Origin: Chlamydiota bacterium
GTDB lineage: Bacteria > Chlamydiota > Chlamydiia > Chlamydiales > RGXB01
Assembly: GCA_947494155.1 (NCBI GenBank)
Contig: CANLTW010000004.1
Span: 1 to 64,000 of the forward strand
Direction: 5' to 3'
DNA length: 64,000 nucleotides
Each line of letters starts with the position of its first letter. Position 1 is the stretch's first letter. The notes beneath the pieces are model-generated. The model saw only the letters and a program-made list of their open reading frames with translations. It was not told the origin of the DNA and ran no database searches. Both the position numbers and the translations under genes were made by a program. Shown here piece after piece: positions 49,154 through 58,017 of the stretch.

Positions 49154-50095
49154 CTATTGGGTTTTTTGTTGTTTGATTTTTTCAAAAACTTCAATCAGAG
49201 CCGCATGAATCTCTTTTAATTCAGGAAACTTGCCTTGAAGCTTTGTCACATCAAGCTCATTATTGGAACGCTTGGCTTTAAGGATCTGGTTTTGCTCCTC
49301 TATAGAGAAGTTTTCCCAGGTGAAATCGGGATCGACGTACTCTTTATAAAGCGACAGGATCTCGTTGTGGGAAATAACGCCGGGATTGGTGAAATTGTAA
49401 TTTCCCGTCTCGTTTTGTCGAGCAAGTTCTATTGCCAGCGGAATCATCTCATCGAGGACAGTCATACTGTTGGCCACATTGATCACCTTGGAGTATTTAG
49501 TGATTTTTGTGATAAAATTTCTCGGGGATAGATCGCTGGAGATAGGCATTCTTAAACGGAGGTTGAGGACATTGGGGTAATAGGTAAGAAGTTTATCTAG
49601 CACCACCTTTGTTGAAGAGTAAAAAGAGCCAAAGAAATTAGGAGCATCCTCCTCAGTAAATCCAATCGATGAGCCAAGCGGGTGTGTCTCGTCGTATTCA
49701 TAAATACAGCCGGTACCAAAATTGGTCATATGAAGACCCTTCAGATAAGCGATATCGGCTAGGTTCAAAGCCCCGATGATGTTGGATCGTAGGGTTTGCT
49801 CTTTATTTGATTCGCACCAGTCGACATTCGGCACCCCAGTAACACCAGCAGCGTTGATGATATGGGTCGGCTGAGTCTTTTCGATTTCATTCAAGATCTC
49901 CTCCCGATTTTCCAAACGGGATTCGGCAGGGATGCAGACAAAGCCCCCCTTTTGAAGCTCTTCAAGGATCATATTACCGATCCAACCGGTTTTGCCCCCA
50001 AAAACAAGAAAGCGTGTCTCCTCTTTTGACATGGGTGAGAGCGTCGCCGATAAAAATCGGCAACAAACCAAAAAAGATAAAGCAAAGTATTTCAT
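49154..50095 (-). CDS. Eukaryote-type NDP-4-keto-6-deoxyglucose 3,5-epimerase/4-reductase (NRS/ER, UER1, RHM C-terminal type) with N-terminal hydrophobic extension
   Basis: GKTGWIG, NAAGVTG.PNVDWCE, TGCIYEYD..HPLGS.IGF.EED.PNF.GSFYS, LRMPISSDL..RNFITKI, NFTNPGVISHNEIL, RSNNELD. Confidence 0.88.
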   Translation of the reverse strand: MKYFALSFLVCCRFLSATLSPMSKEETRFLVFGGKTGWIGNMILEELQKGGFVCIPAESRLENREEILNEIEKTQPTHIINAAGVTGVPNVDWCESNKEQTLRSNIIGALNLADIAYLKGLHMTNFGTGCIYEYDETHPLGSSIGFTEEDAPNFFGSFYSSTKVVLDKLLTYYPNVLNLRLRMPISSDLSPRNFITKITKYSKVINVANSMTVLDEMIPLAIELARQNETGNYNFTNPGVISHNEILSLYKEYVDPDFTWENFSIEEQNQILKAKRSNNELDVTKLQGKFPELKEIHAALIEVFEKIKQQKTQ

Positions 50096-50111
50096 AGTGA
50101 AAACTCCAGAT

Positions 50112-51236
50112 TTATTGATAGCTAATTTCTTTATCAGATACGTAGACAGGGTGGGAGGAATTTTCGTAGAGGTTTATACAGAAATCGGGGTTTCTAAGAT
50201 ACCACTTCAGAGTTTCGCTTAGCCCCTCTTCCAAGCTGATGATTGGCGACCAGCCCAAAAGTTTTTGAGCCTTAGTATTTCCGCCAATATGGCAATCTAC
50301 TTGACCGGGGCGGTCCGAAATTTTCAAAACGGGGTAGTGGGGCTTCTGTAAAATCTCTAAAATCGAATGTACGATGGCATTTACAGAGACAGCTTTATTT
50401 GTTCCGATATTGATTTCTTGCCCTTTTATTTGTGAAAAATCGGGTTTGTGCAGAGCCATATCGATCGCTCGTGCTGTATCCAGAGTGTGTACCCAGTCCC
50501 TAGATTGCTCCCCGCTTCCGTGGATTTTTATGGGTTTATTGAGAATGATGGAGGCGATAATACGAGGAATCAATTTTTCTACATGCTGGTTTGGACCATA
50601 GTTATTAAAGGGTCGAAGGATGACTACCGGCAAATCGTAGGTGCAGTAGTAGGAGTATACAAGGCGATCTGCTCCGGCTTTGGCAGCGGCATACGGGCTT
50701 CGTGGATTTAAGGGATGATCCTCATTCATCGGTTGCGTTTCAGCCGTTCCATAAACTTCAGAGGTGGAAATATGGATAAACCGCTCCACCTTCTCCCGAT
50801 TTTTATTAAGGGCTACAAGTAAAGAGCGTGTCCCTAAAATGTCGGTTTCCAGAAATTTAGCGTCTGATACGATGCTCCTTGTGACATGAGATTCTGCAGC
50901 AAAATGGACCACATAATCGCTTTGCCCCATAAGAGAATTAACGATATCAAAGTCGTTAATATTAGCATGCACGAATGTAAAGCGGTCTGCGCTGCGGATT
51001 TCTTGGGAGATATTCTCTAACGATCCTGCATAGGTTAAGGCATCTAATACAATAAATCGGTATTCGGGATACTTATCGTACATGTATTGTAAAAAGTTGC
51101 TGCCGATAAATCCTGCCGCTCCAGTAATAAGAACAGTTTTATTATTCTCATTAGAGGATTCATCAGCTGAAAAAAGTGGGTTTATGGAAAAAAACCCTAT
51201 TAGGGTGATTCTTAGGATAAATTTTGAGAAGTTCAA
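50112..51236 (-). CDS. NDP-glucose 4,6-dehydratase (RmlB/UGD-like SDR) with signal-peptide-like N-terminus
   Basis: TGAAGFIGSNF, DALTYAG, HFAAESHV, HISTSEVYG, SPYAAAKA, NNYGPNQH.EKLIP. TTG start with RBS agagg. Confidence 0.85.
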   Translation of the reverse strand: MNFSKFILRITLIGFFSINPLFSADESSNENNKTVLITGAAGFIGSNFLQYMYDKYPEYRFIVLDALTYAGSLENISQEIRSADRFTFVHANINDFDIVNSLMGQSDYVVHFAAESHVTRSIVSDAKFLETDILGTRSLLVALNKNREKVERFIHISTSEVYGTAETQPMNEDHPLNPRSPYAAAKAGADRLVYSYYCTYDLPVVILRPFNNYGPNQHVEKLIPRIIASIILNKPIKIHGSGEQSRDWVHTLDTARAIDMALHKPDFSQIKGQEINIGTNKAVSVNAIVHSILEILQKPHYPVLKISDRPGQVDCHIGGNTKAQKLLGWSPIISLEEGLSETLKWYLRNPDFCINLYENSSHPVYVSDKEISYQ

Positions 51237-51331
51237 TTTGGTGCCTCTAATTGTTATAATGTTTCAGAACCTAGGGAAAAGAAAAACTTAAAATAACTAT
51301 TTCGGTCTTTCTAATTCAATTTTTTTATTTC

Positions 51332-53377
51332 TCAAACTAGCTGTGGATATCTTTTTTCTAAAATCGCCATAACCAGATTTAGTTCCTGGTCGATATTTTC
51401 CATGAAAGCGGCAAAAACTCCCTTAAAAGATATGTCCCAATCCAGTATCAGAGGGTGGCTCATAAACTCCTGGATTTCGCGAAGGAATCGATCGACCTTT
51501 TCGAGCGTTTTTTTCCGTTCGACAGCAGGCAAGTTTTCAAAATAGTCGTTTTTTGGATTTGTAAAGTCATATTTAGATAAAAGAGCCCTCTCTTTTGCAG
51601 CAATTTTTGCAAAAAATAGCCTATGCTTCCCCTCAAGAAGCTCTATTTTACAATCGCTACGCACATGAGTAAGAAGATGAATCCATTCAGCGGATGTATC
51701 TCCGATCTCTATCGCTTCCAGTTCTTTGATCTCAAGAAAAGGGAGTAGAGCCGCTTTTTGGATTGGTTCCAAAAAGGGATATAAACCTAAAAGCGACTTC
51801 CTCGTTTCCAGGGAATTCCAATAATAAAAGAGACCTAATGCATACTCTTCTCTCTCTTCAGTCAGATAACTGACAGCTTCTCGAACATCAAAAAGGTAAT
51901 ACGCTGTTGATTTGGAAATTTTTAAAGGTTTCCCCGATTTGGGGTTTTTGATAACCCCCCGGTCGGTGGTAACCTCCACGTCTGAAAAATCGGAAATAGA
52001 GGATCCAATAGACCTTTTTTCCTCCTCAGGTGGTTCTAAAAAAGCCTGTGTTGTAGAGATTTTACTCGCCTGGGAAAAGATACTTTTTAGAAGAAACTGC
52101 ACTTTTTCATCAAAAGCCCTTTTTTCCAATGGGTTAATTTGCCCCCCACAGAAGCGTATTAGGAGGTGTTTGTTATCAGGAGATAAAAAAGAGTAGCTGC
52201 TTAAAAAAAAGGGGGCAAGTTCAAAAAGGTGTTCTCTTCTAAAGAGGCGATTGGTAAAAGCAAACAGATCGAGTGCCGATTCTTTTAAAAGAAGTTTTGA
52301 AAGCTCTTTTGAGGTGCTTAACTCATACAGAAATGCCTCGGGCTCCTTTAGGCGTAGGCAGTTTTCGAGCGCTCTTTGAATGGAGGGGGAATCTCGATGG
52401 AAAATCCCCTCAATCAGATCGACAAAAAGTTTATGCATCGTTCCGATTAGGCGAATATCTACGCCATACGTATTTACCCCTTTTCGCTCGTCTTTATCTT
52501 GAATCAACAGGAATCGGATGATGTTACACATAGAGGTATCTCTATAGAGGAGACTTAACGCACGAGAATTAAGATCAGAAAACGAAAACCCTTCGATCTC
52601 GCTCAAGGCATCTAAAATCATGCAAAAAGGGTCTGACAGAAAATGGTAATAGAGGGAAATTTTACCGCTTTTTAGCGGTTTCAAAGCGATAAGGGGATTG
52701 TCTTGAAGCTTTTGGTGAACGTATTCTTTGGCTTGCCTGTTCTGCTGAAAAAGATCGGCTATAAAATGGGGCTGACGGATGAAAAAATCGATAAAGGAGT
52801 CTTCGATCATAAAGGCCTCCAAAAAGCGGCTTGTATACTGGTTGCAGAAGCGCAGGATATAGTTAAAGCTCTCGATGATTTCCTGGTCGGTGATAAGGGA
52901 TGGGTCTGGATCGTTTAAAAGCTGTAAAAGGGGCGCCATTATGGAGCAAATTTTAGGAGGGATATCAAAAAATCGGTTGAGAATAGGATCATTCCAGTAG
53001 AAAATAGAGTCCAGATCCTGGATGCTGAAGGAGGTTAGGGGATTGAACCCCAGCCTTTTTAAATCCGGATTTTCAAAAAGGGTGGGATTTGAGCCATAAA
53101 GAGTTAAAATAAAGGGTAGGGAAGAGGATTTTTCTTTATCTTTAAGCAAGATGCGCTGCCCCATGAGTTGCGTAAAAAAAGATCTCGTGTCCATCTGATT
53201 TTCAGGAATTTTTGTGATTTTTTTGTGAATAACCAGATCCTCCAAAGGCTCGTATGCTCTTTGCTGTTGTGCTAAGGGTTTGAATATCTCTAAAAGACTT
53301 TCCAAATTGTGTTGAGAAACCGCTTCGCAATCTATTGGGTGAATGGGTTGTGATGTCGGAATGGATGGTGTGCTCAT
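51332..53377 (-). CDS. Large helical hypothetical protein, effector-like
   Basis: About 680 aa, S/T/P-rich start MSTPSIPTSQP. Start placed at 53377 because the ATG at 53410 lies within TTGATT-N17-TAATGT. Confidence 0.6.
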   Translation of the reverse strand: MSTPSIPTSQPIHPIDCEAVSQHNLESLLEIFKPLAQQQRAYEPLEDLVIHKKITKIPENQMDTRSFFTQLMGQRILLKDKEKSSSLPFILTLYGSNPTLFENPDLKRLGFNPLTSFSIQDLDSIFYWNDPILNRFFDIPPKICSIMAPLLQLLNDPDPSLITDQEIIESFNYILRFCNQYTSRFLEAFMIEDSFIDFFIRQPHFIADLFQQNRQAKEYVHQKLQDNPLIALKPLKSGKISLYYHFLSDPFCMILDALSEIEGFSFSDLNSRALSLLYRDTSMCNIIRFLLIQDKDERKGVNTYGVDIRLIGTMHKLFVDLIEGIFHRDSPSIQRALENCLRLKEPEAFLYELSTSKELSKLLLKESALDLFAFTNRLFRREHLFELAPFFLSSYSFLSPDNKHLLIRFCGGQINPLEKRAFDEKVQFLLKSIFSQASKISTTQAFLEPPEEEKRSIGSSISDFSDVEVTTDRGVIKNPKSGKPLKISKSTAYYLFDVREAVSYLTEEREEYALGLFYYWNSLETRKSLLGLYPFLEPIQKAALLPFLEIKELEAIEIGDTSAEWIHLLTHVRSDCKIELLEGKHRLFFAKIAAKERALLSKYDFTNPKNDYFENLPAVERKKTLEKVDRFLREIQEFMSHPLILDWDISFKGVFAAFMENIDQELNLVMAILEKRYPQLV

Positions 53378-53573
53378 TAAGAAACCTTTGTTTTTTAGCG
53401 GCAAACACATTAAGAAATACTAGAAACGAAATCAAGGAGTTTTAAAATAATTCTATTTATAAAATCTGATGGGGAGGTGTAAGGTATATGACGAACTGCA
53501 GTTTCTACTTGGCTTAGTTGATTCATAAGTGCTTTTTTAGGTACCCTTCTAGTTACCAAATGGGTGTCTTAGA

Positions 53574-54011
53574 TTGAAGAAAGTGATTTTAGCAATAGTT
53601 CTCCTTTTGAGCAGTTGTCAAAAGCAGCAAATAGAGGTGGAGCATTTTGCAGTGAGTAAAAAAAATCTCCCCTCAACATTCACCCTTTCACCCGATCCTC
53701 AACAGGAAGAGGGGTATTTTGGGGAAATTTTTTTGATCCATTACACTCTTACTGACGAGCAACTGGGGTCAAAAACTCCTGTCATTGCCCAATTTTTGCT
53801 TGAAGATCTTCAGGAATTTCAAACCGAATTCATCCCAACCCAAAAAAGGGGCTTCGAGCGGTTAGAGTGGATCAATGAGTCGTTTCAAAAGCATGGAGCT
53901 GTGATTGGCTATCAGGTCTGTTACCAGGACTTTTGTTTGAAAAGCCCCCTTTTCAGAAAAATGATCGAAGTTGATCATAAAAGGCTCGCCAAAGAAAAAA
54001 ATGGGAAATAA
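53574..54011 (+). CDS. Lipoprotein, CT303-like
   Basis: Lipobox LLLSSC after MKKVILAIV, LPSTF..SPDP motif, position between atpK and valS. Confidence 0.65.
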   Translation: MKKVILAIVLLLSSCQKQQIEVEHFAVSKKNLPSTFTLSPDPQQEEGYFGEIFLIHYTLTDEQLGSKTPVIAQFLLEDLQEFQTEFIPTQKRGFERLEWINESFQKHGAVIGYQVCYQDFCLKSPLFRKMIEVDHKRLAKEKNGK

Positions 54012-54048
54012 AGGACAAAAGAGGGGAGTGGAGACTAACTGAGAGGTT

Positions 54049-55011
54049 TCAGCGACGAATAAAACACTCTAAAAAGTTAGAAAGTCCTATGCACGGATCG
54101 GTTATAGAAAGGCCCCCTTTTGCGTCCTTGCTAAAGGGTTGGTTTCCCTCTTCTAAATGACACTCGGCCATAAGACCATGGATAGGGGCTGTTTCGTCGA
54201 AAAGGTACGTCTGAAAAAGTTTTTTTTGTCGCTCAGGGTCTTTAAAAGAGTTTTGGTGCGCACAGTCGATAAAGATCTTAGAATTCAACCCCCTTTTTTG
54301 GATCGCCAAAAATCCATGAGAAAGAAGATCCAGGTTCGGACCTTTAAAACCTCCCCTTAGCATCATGTGTGTTTCCAAGTTTTGTCCAAAAACTAATTGG
54401 GGTCCGTAAGGGCCCATCTTGGGGGACCAAAGCCCTTTTTGAGCCATATATAAAGCATCGATTGCCCCCTCCAGGCTGCCATCGATGCCGTTCTTAAAAA
54501 CTACAGGGAGTTTAAGGGATGCGGCTAGCTGGCGATGGGTTTGAGAATAGACCGTTCTTGCACCGATCATTCCGACAGTCACAAGATCTTCCACGTAGGG
54601 GGCTAAAAAGGGGTCGATGAACTCATAGCTCAAATTTAGACCCATATCCACCAGCTCAACCATGAATCTTCGACCATATTCGATCCCTTTTTCAATAGCG
54701 CACTCCCCATTCAGATCCGGATCCATTAAGAAGCCGCGCCAGAAATGGTTTGAGCGGGGTTTTTCCAGATGACAACGGTATAAAAAAAAGAATTCAGGAA
54801 ATTCTTGTTGCAGATCGTTTATTTTTTTTCCAAGGAGAAGATCGGATGGCAAATGATGGATGGAACAGGGTCCTACAAAAAGGGCTTTTTTATAACTGTC
54901 AAACTGTTGGAACTTTCTCCTGGAATCCAGAACTTTTTTTCTAGTCTCCAAAGAGAGGGGGTAAAGCTTTTGTACCTGAGCTGGGGTAGGAAGGTCTCTT
55001 GGATGGAACAT
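54049..55011 (-). CDS. DAHP synthase, class I-alpha (AroF/G/H type)
   Basis: GPCSIH, EKPR, IGART, FKN, LRGG, IDCAH.NS.KD, SITDPC. Likely start ATG 55011. Confidence 0.88.
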   Translation of the reverse strand: MFHPRDLPTPAQVQKLYPLSLETRKKVLDSRRKFQQFDSYKKALFVGPCSIHHLPSDLLLGKKINDLQQEFPEFFFLYRCHLEKPRSNHFWRGFLMDPDLNGECAIEKGIEYGRRFMVELVDMGLNLSYEFIDPFLAPYVEDLVTVGMIGARTVYSQTHRQLAASLKLPVVFKNGIDGSLEGAIDALYMAQKGLWSPKMGPYGPQLVFGQNLETHMMLRGGFKGPNLDLLSHGFLAIQKRGLNSKIFIDCAHQNSFKDPERQKKLFQTYLFDETAPIHGLMAECHLEEGNQPFSKDAKGGLSITDPCIGLSNFLECFIRR

Positions 55012-55074
55012 GAGCGAGTTTTCCAGATTAATTTTTATTTCACTTTTCGAACATTTTTCTAAAAAATTCAATAG

Positions 55075-55108
55075 ATTGGAGGAGCTTTTTTTTTAAAACT
55101 CCTCCAAT
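55075..55108 (-). terminator. Hairpin immediately after valS
   Basis: attggaggag...ctcctccaat 10 bp perfect inverted repeat. Confidence 0.55.
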
Positions 55109-55112
55109 TTCA

Positions 55113-57875
55113 TCAGTTAGAGGTTAAGTGCAGCAATTTTTCGTGCTGGATTTTGAGTTGCATTCTCTGTTCAAAAAGGGTTTTAAACTGTTTTTGGGTT
55201 GACTCTAGGAGAGGTTGAGGGGCCTTTGCAACAAATTCCTGATTCTCTAGCCGCTCTTTCAGCCCTTTCATATTTTTTTCAACTAATTCGAGTTGCTTTT
55301 CAATCCTGATGCACTCTTTAAAAAGCATCTCCTTTGGCAGAGGGATGAATAGTGTGGCACAAGGAAAGCTCATTTTTGTCCCGAAATCCCCCTCATCGAT
55401 CTTTTCGACGAATTGAAACATGCTTTTTGTTAAGGTCTCCATCACCTCTATAGCATTGAGGGGAGTTTTTCCCCTCTCGTGGTGATTCAAGACATGAACA
55501 TGCATAACAGACCCAAGAGGGATCTGCATTTCGGCACGCACATTCCGTATTTTTTGCACCCAATCGAGCGCCTCTTCAAAATGGCTCACCTCGTGGATAT
55601 TTGGATCAAAAGCTCTCTGTTTAAGCGCTAAAAGGGGGCTTAACTCTTTAATTTGGCTACGAATGTGCTGGTAAATTTCTTCTGTAATAAACGGGATAAA
55701 AGGGTGCAAGATCTCCAATGAGCGCAGTAGCACATGGAGTAAAACCCCGCGCGTTGTCTCAAAATCTTGTGCATTCCCCCTTTTTTTAAATAAAATAGGT
55801 TTTACAGCTTCTAAATAGACTGCGCAAAAGTCATCCCAAAAAAAGCGATAGACGCGCTGCGCTGCTTCATTGATGAAGTAGCGGTCGATGAACTGATCTA
55901 TCTCTACAGAGGTTTGTCTTAACCGCTCCAAAATCCACTTGTCCGCTTCGCTTAGTAGATCATGGACAAGATTCGGGATCGAATCGAGGTTATCAAGATG
56001 GGGTAGGGTAAAGCGGAAAGCATTCCAAATTTTGTTTATAAAATTACGCCCCTCCTCAAAACGTCGTAAATCAAGATCAATTTGCCGCGAATGGGAGACT
56101 AAAGAGAGGAGGGTAAAGCGGACTGCATCCACCCCATACGTATCGATCATCTCGATGGGATCAATAACATTCCCCTTCGATTTTGACATCTTTTCCCATT
56201 TAAATTGAACCCCTTTGGGGAGTTTTTCCGCCAATTCCAGCTGCTTTCTCTCCTCCTGCGATACATACTCAATATGTCCAGAGTCCTTTTCTCTCCAAAA
56301 GGATTTTGCATAAATCAGCCCGTGGAGGAAAACCTTTTTAAACGGTGGCGTTTGGACCGCTACCTCGGACATAAGAATCATCCTGGCAACCCAGAAAAAG
56401 AGAATGTCATGACCGGTAACCAACACAGAGGTGGGGAAAAATGTTTTAAAGTCCTGGCTATTTTCCACCCAGTTTGTGCAACTTAAAGGCCATAAAGCGC
56501 TTGAGAACCAGGTATCCAATACATCGGGGTCTTTTTGGTACCTTTCGGGATTCGCTTCCACCTCAGGGGGGAGGCCGTTTTCAGCAAAACAAATGACACG
56601 CTCCTCATCCTCTTTGTCATACCAGATAGGGATTGGGTGCCCCCACCAAAGCTGTCTGGAGATGCACCAGTCCTGGAGATTGTCTATCCAATGGTGGTAA
56701 GTCCGCTCCCACTCTTGAGGTATAATTTCAACCTCTTTGTTGTCGACGATCGCATTCAACTTCTCTTTGAAAATGCGCATGTTAACAAACCATTGCTTAG
56801 ATAGAAAAGGCTCAATTACCGCTTTTGAACGGTAGGAGATGCCGACGCGGTGGGTATGCTTTTCCATTTTTACCAGGCACCCCTCTTTCTGCATCGCTTC
56901 GACGATTTTTTGGCGTGCCTCGAGCATCTTGAGGCCGCTAAAAGGGGCATGGCCCTCAATCACACAGCCCCCAGAGGTCATCATGTTGATCGCTTCAAGC
57001 CCCAAACGTTTGGCGCAGGCGTAATCGTTTGGATCATGCCCGGGGGTAATCTTCACCGCCCCAGTGCCGAATTCGGGGTCGACAAAATGGTCTAAAACGA
57101 TCGGCAAATCGATTTTTCGTAAAGGGTGGAAGAAAGTTTTGTTGTGGTAAGAGGTGTATTTCTCATCTTTTGGGTGCACAGCAATCGCAACATCAGCAAG
57201 CATCGTCTCGGGGCGAGTCGTTGCCACCTGGATAAAACCCGATTGATCGCTTAAGCGAAACTGGAATGTGTAGAGGCTACCCTCTTTTTCTTCAAACTCC
57301 ACCTCATCATCTGCAAGGGCGGTTTCGCTAACCGGATCCCAGTTGACCAGGTAAAGTCCGCGGTAAATCAGCCCTTGATCAAAAAGTTTTTTGAACATTG
57401 TGTTAACGGTTTTCGAGCAGACTTCATCAAGCGTGAACCGCTGCCTGGACCAATCGCAAGAGGAGCCTAAACGTTTGAATTGGGATAGAATTTTTTTCTC
57501 GTAATCCTCTTTCCAGGCAAAAGCGTAATGAAGAAACTCCTCTTTTGTCATATCGGTACGCCGCTTATTTTCTTTTGCAAGAAGCATCCGTTCCACGACG
57601 GTTTGCGTTGCAATTCCTGCATGATCGGTCCCAGGGTACCAGACAGCATTGTATCCATGCATCCTGTGATAGCGCACCAAAAGGTCCTGGACACTGGCAT
57701 CCAGAGCGTGCCCCATGTGTAATTGCCCAGTGACATTGGGTGGGGGAATCACAATCGAAAAGGGGGGTTTTTTGCTATTTTGGTCTGCGATAAACGCACC
57801 ACTCCAAAGAGGTGCAATTAGAGTTTCGTTCGCTTTAGGGTCAAATGTTTTAGGCAGTTCTTCCATAGGGTTCAT
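55113..57875 (-). CDS. valS: Valine--tRNA ligase
   Basis: PPPNVTGQLHMGHAL, DHAGIATQ, DWCISRQLWWGH, DVLDTWFSS, KMSKS. Confidence 0.98.
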   Translation of the reverse strand: MNPMEELPKTFDPKANETLIAPLWSGAFIADQNSKKPPFSIVIPPPNVTGQLHMGHALDASVQDLLVRYHRMHGYNAVWYPGTDHAGIATQTVVERMLLAKENKRRTDMTKEEFLHYAFAWKEDYEKKILSQFKRLGSSCDWSRQRFTLDEVCSKTVNTMFKKLFDQGLIYRGLYLVNWDPVSETALADDEVEFEEKEGSLYTFQFRLSDQSGFIQVATTRPETMLADVAIAVHPKDEKYTSYHNKTFFHPLRKIDLPIVLDHFVDPEFGTGAVKITPGHDPNDYACAKRLGLEAINMMTSGGCVIEGHAPFSGLKMLEARQKIVEAMQKEGCLVKMEKHTHRVGISYRSKAVIEPFLSKQWFVNMRIFKEKLNAIVDNKEVEIIPQEWERTYHHWIDNLQDWCISRQLWWGHPIPIWYDKEDEERVICFAENGLPPEVEANPERYQKDPDVLDTWFSSALWPLSCTNWVENSQDFKTFFPTSVLVTGHDILFFWVARMILMSEVAVQTPPFKKVFLHGLIYAKSFWREKDSGHIEYVSQEERKQLELAEKLPKGVQFKWEKMSKSKGNVIDPIEMIDTYGVDAVRFTLLSLVSHSRQIDLDLRRFEEGRNFINKIWNAFRFTLPHLDNLDSIPNLVHDLLSEADKWILERLRQTSVEIDQFIDRYFINEAAQRVYRFFWDDFCAVYLEAVKPILFKKRGNAQDFETTRGVLLHVLLRSLEILHPFIPFITEEIYQHIRSQIKELSPLLALKQRAFDPNIHEVSHFEEALDWVQKIRNVRAEMQIPLGSVMHVHVLNHHERGKTPLNAIEVMETLTKSMFQFVEKIDEGDFGTKMSFPCATLFIPLPKEMLFKECIRIEKQLELVEKNMKGLKERLENQEFVAKAPQPLLESTQKQFKTLFEQRMQLKIQHEKLLHLTSN

Positions 57876-58017
57876 AGGGTAGCATAGATCAGATTTTGTT
57901 TAAAACCCTCTTGATGTTTGAAACGAATATCTTGGGGCATTTAAGAAAAAAGGGGAAAAACTCATCGAAGGAGAAAAAAAAGGTGATTTCATAAAACTGA
58001 TTACATAAACTATTTGG

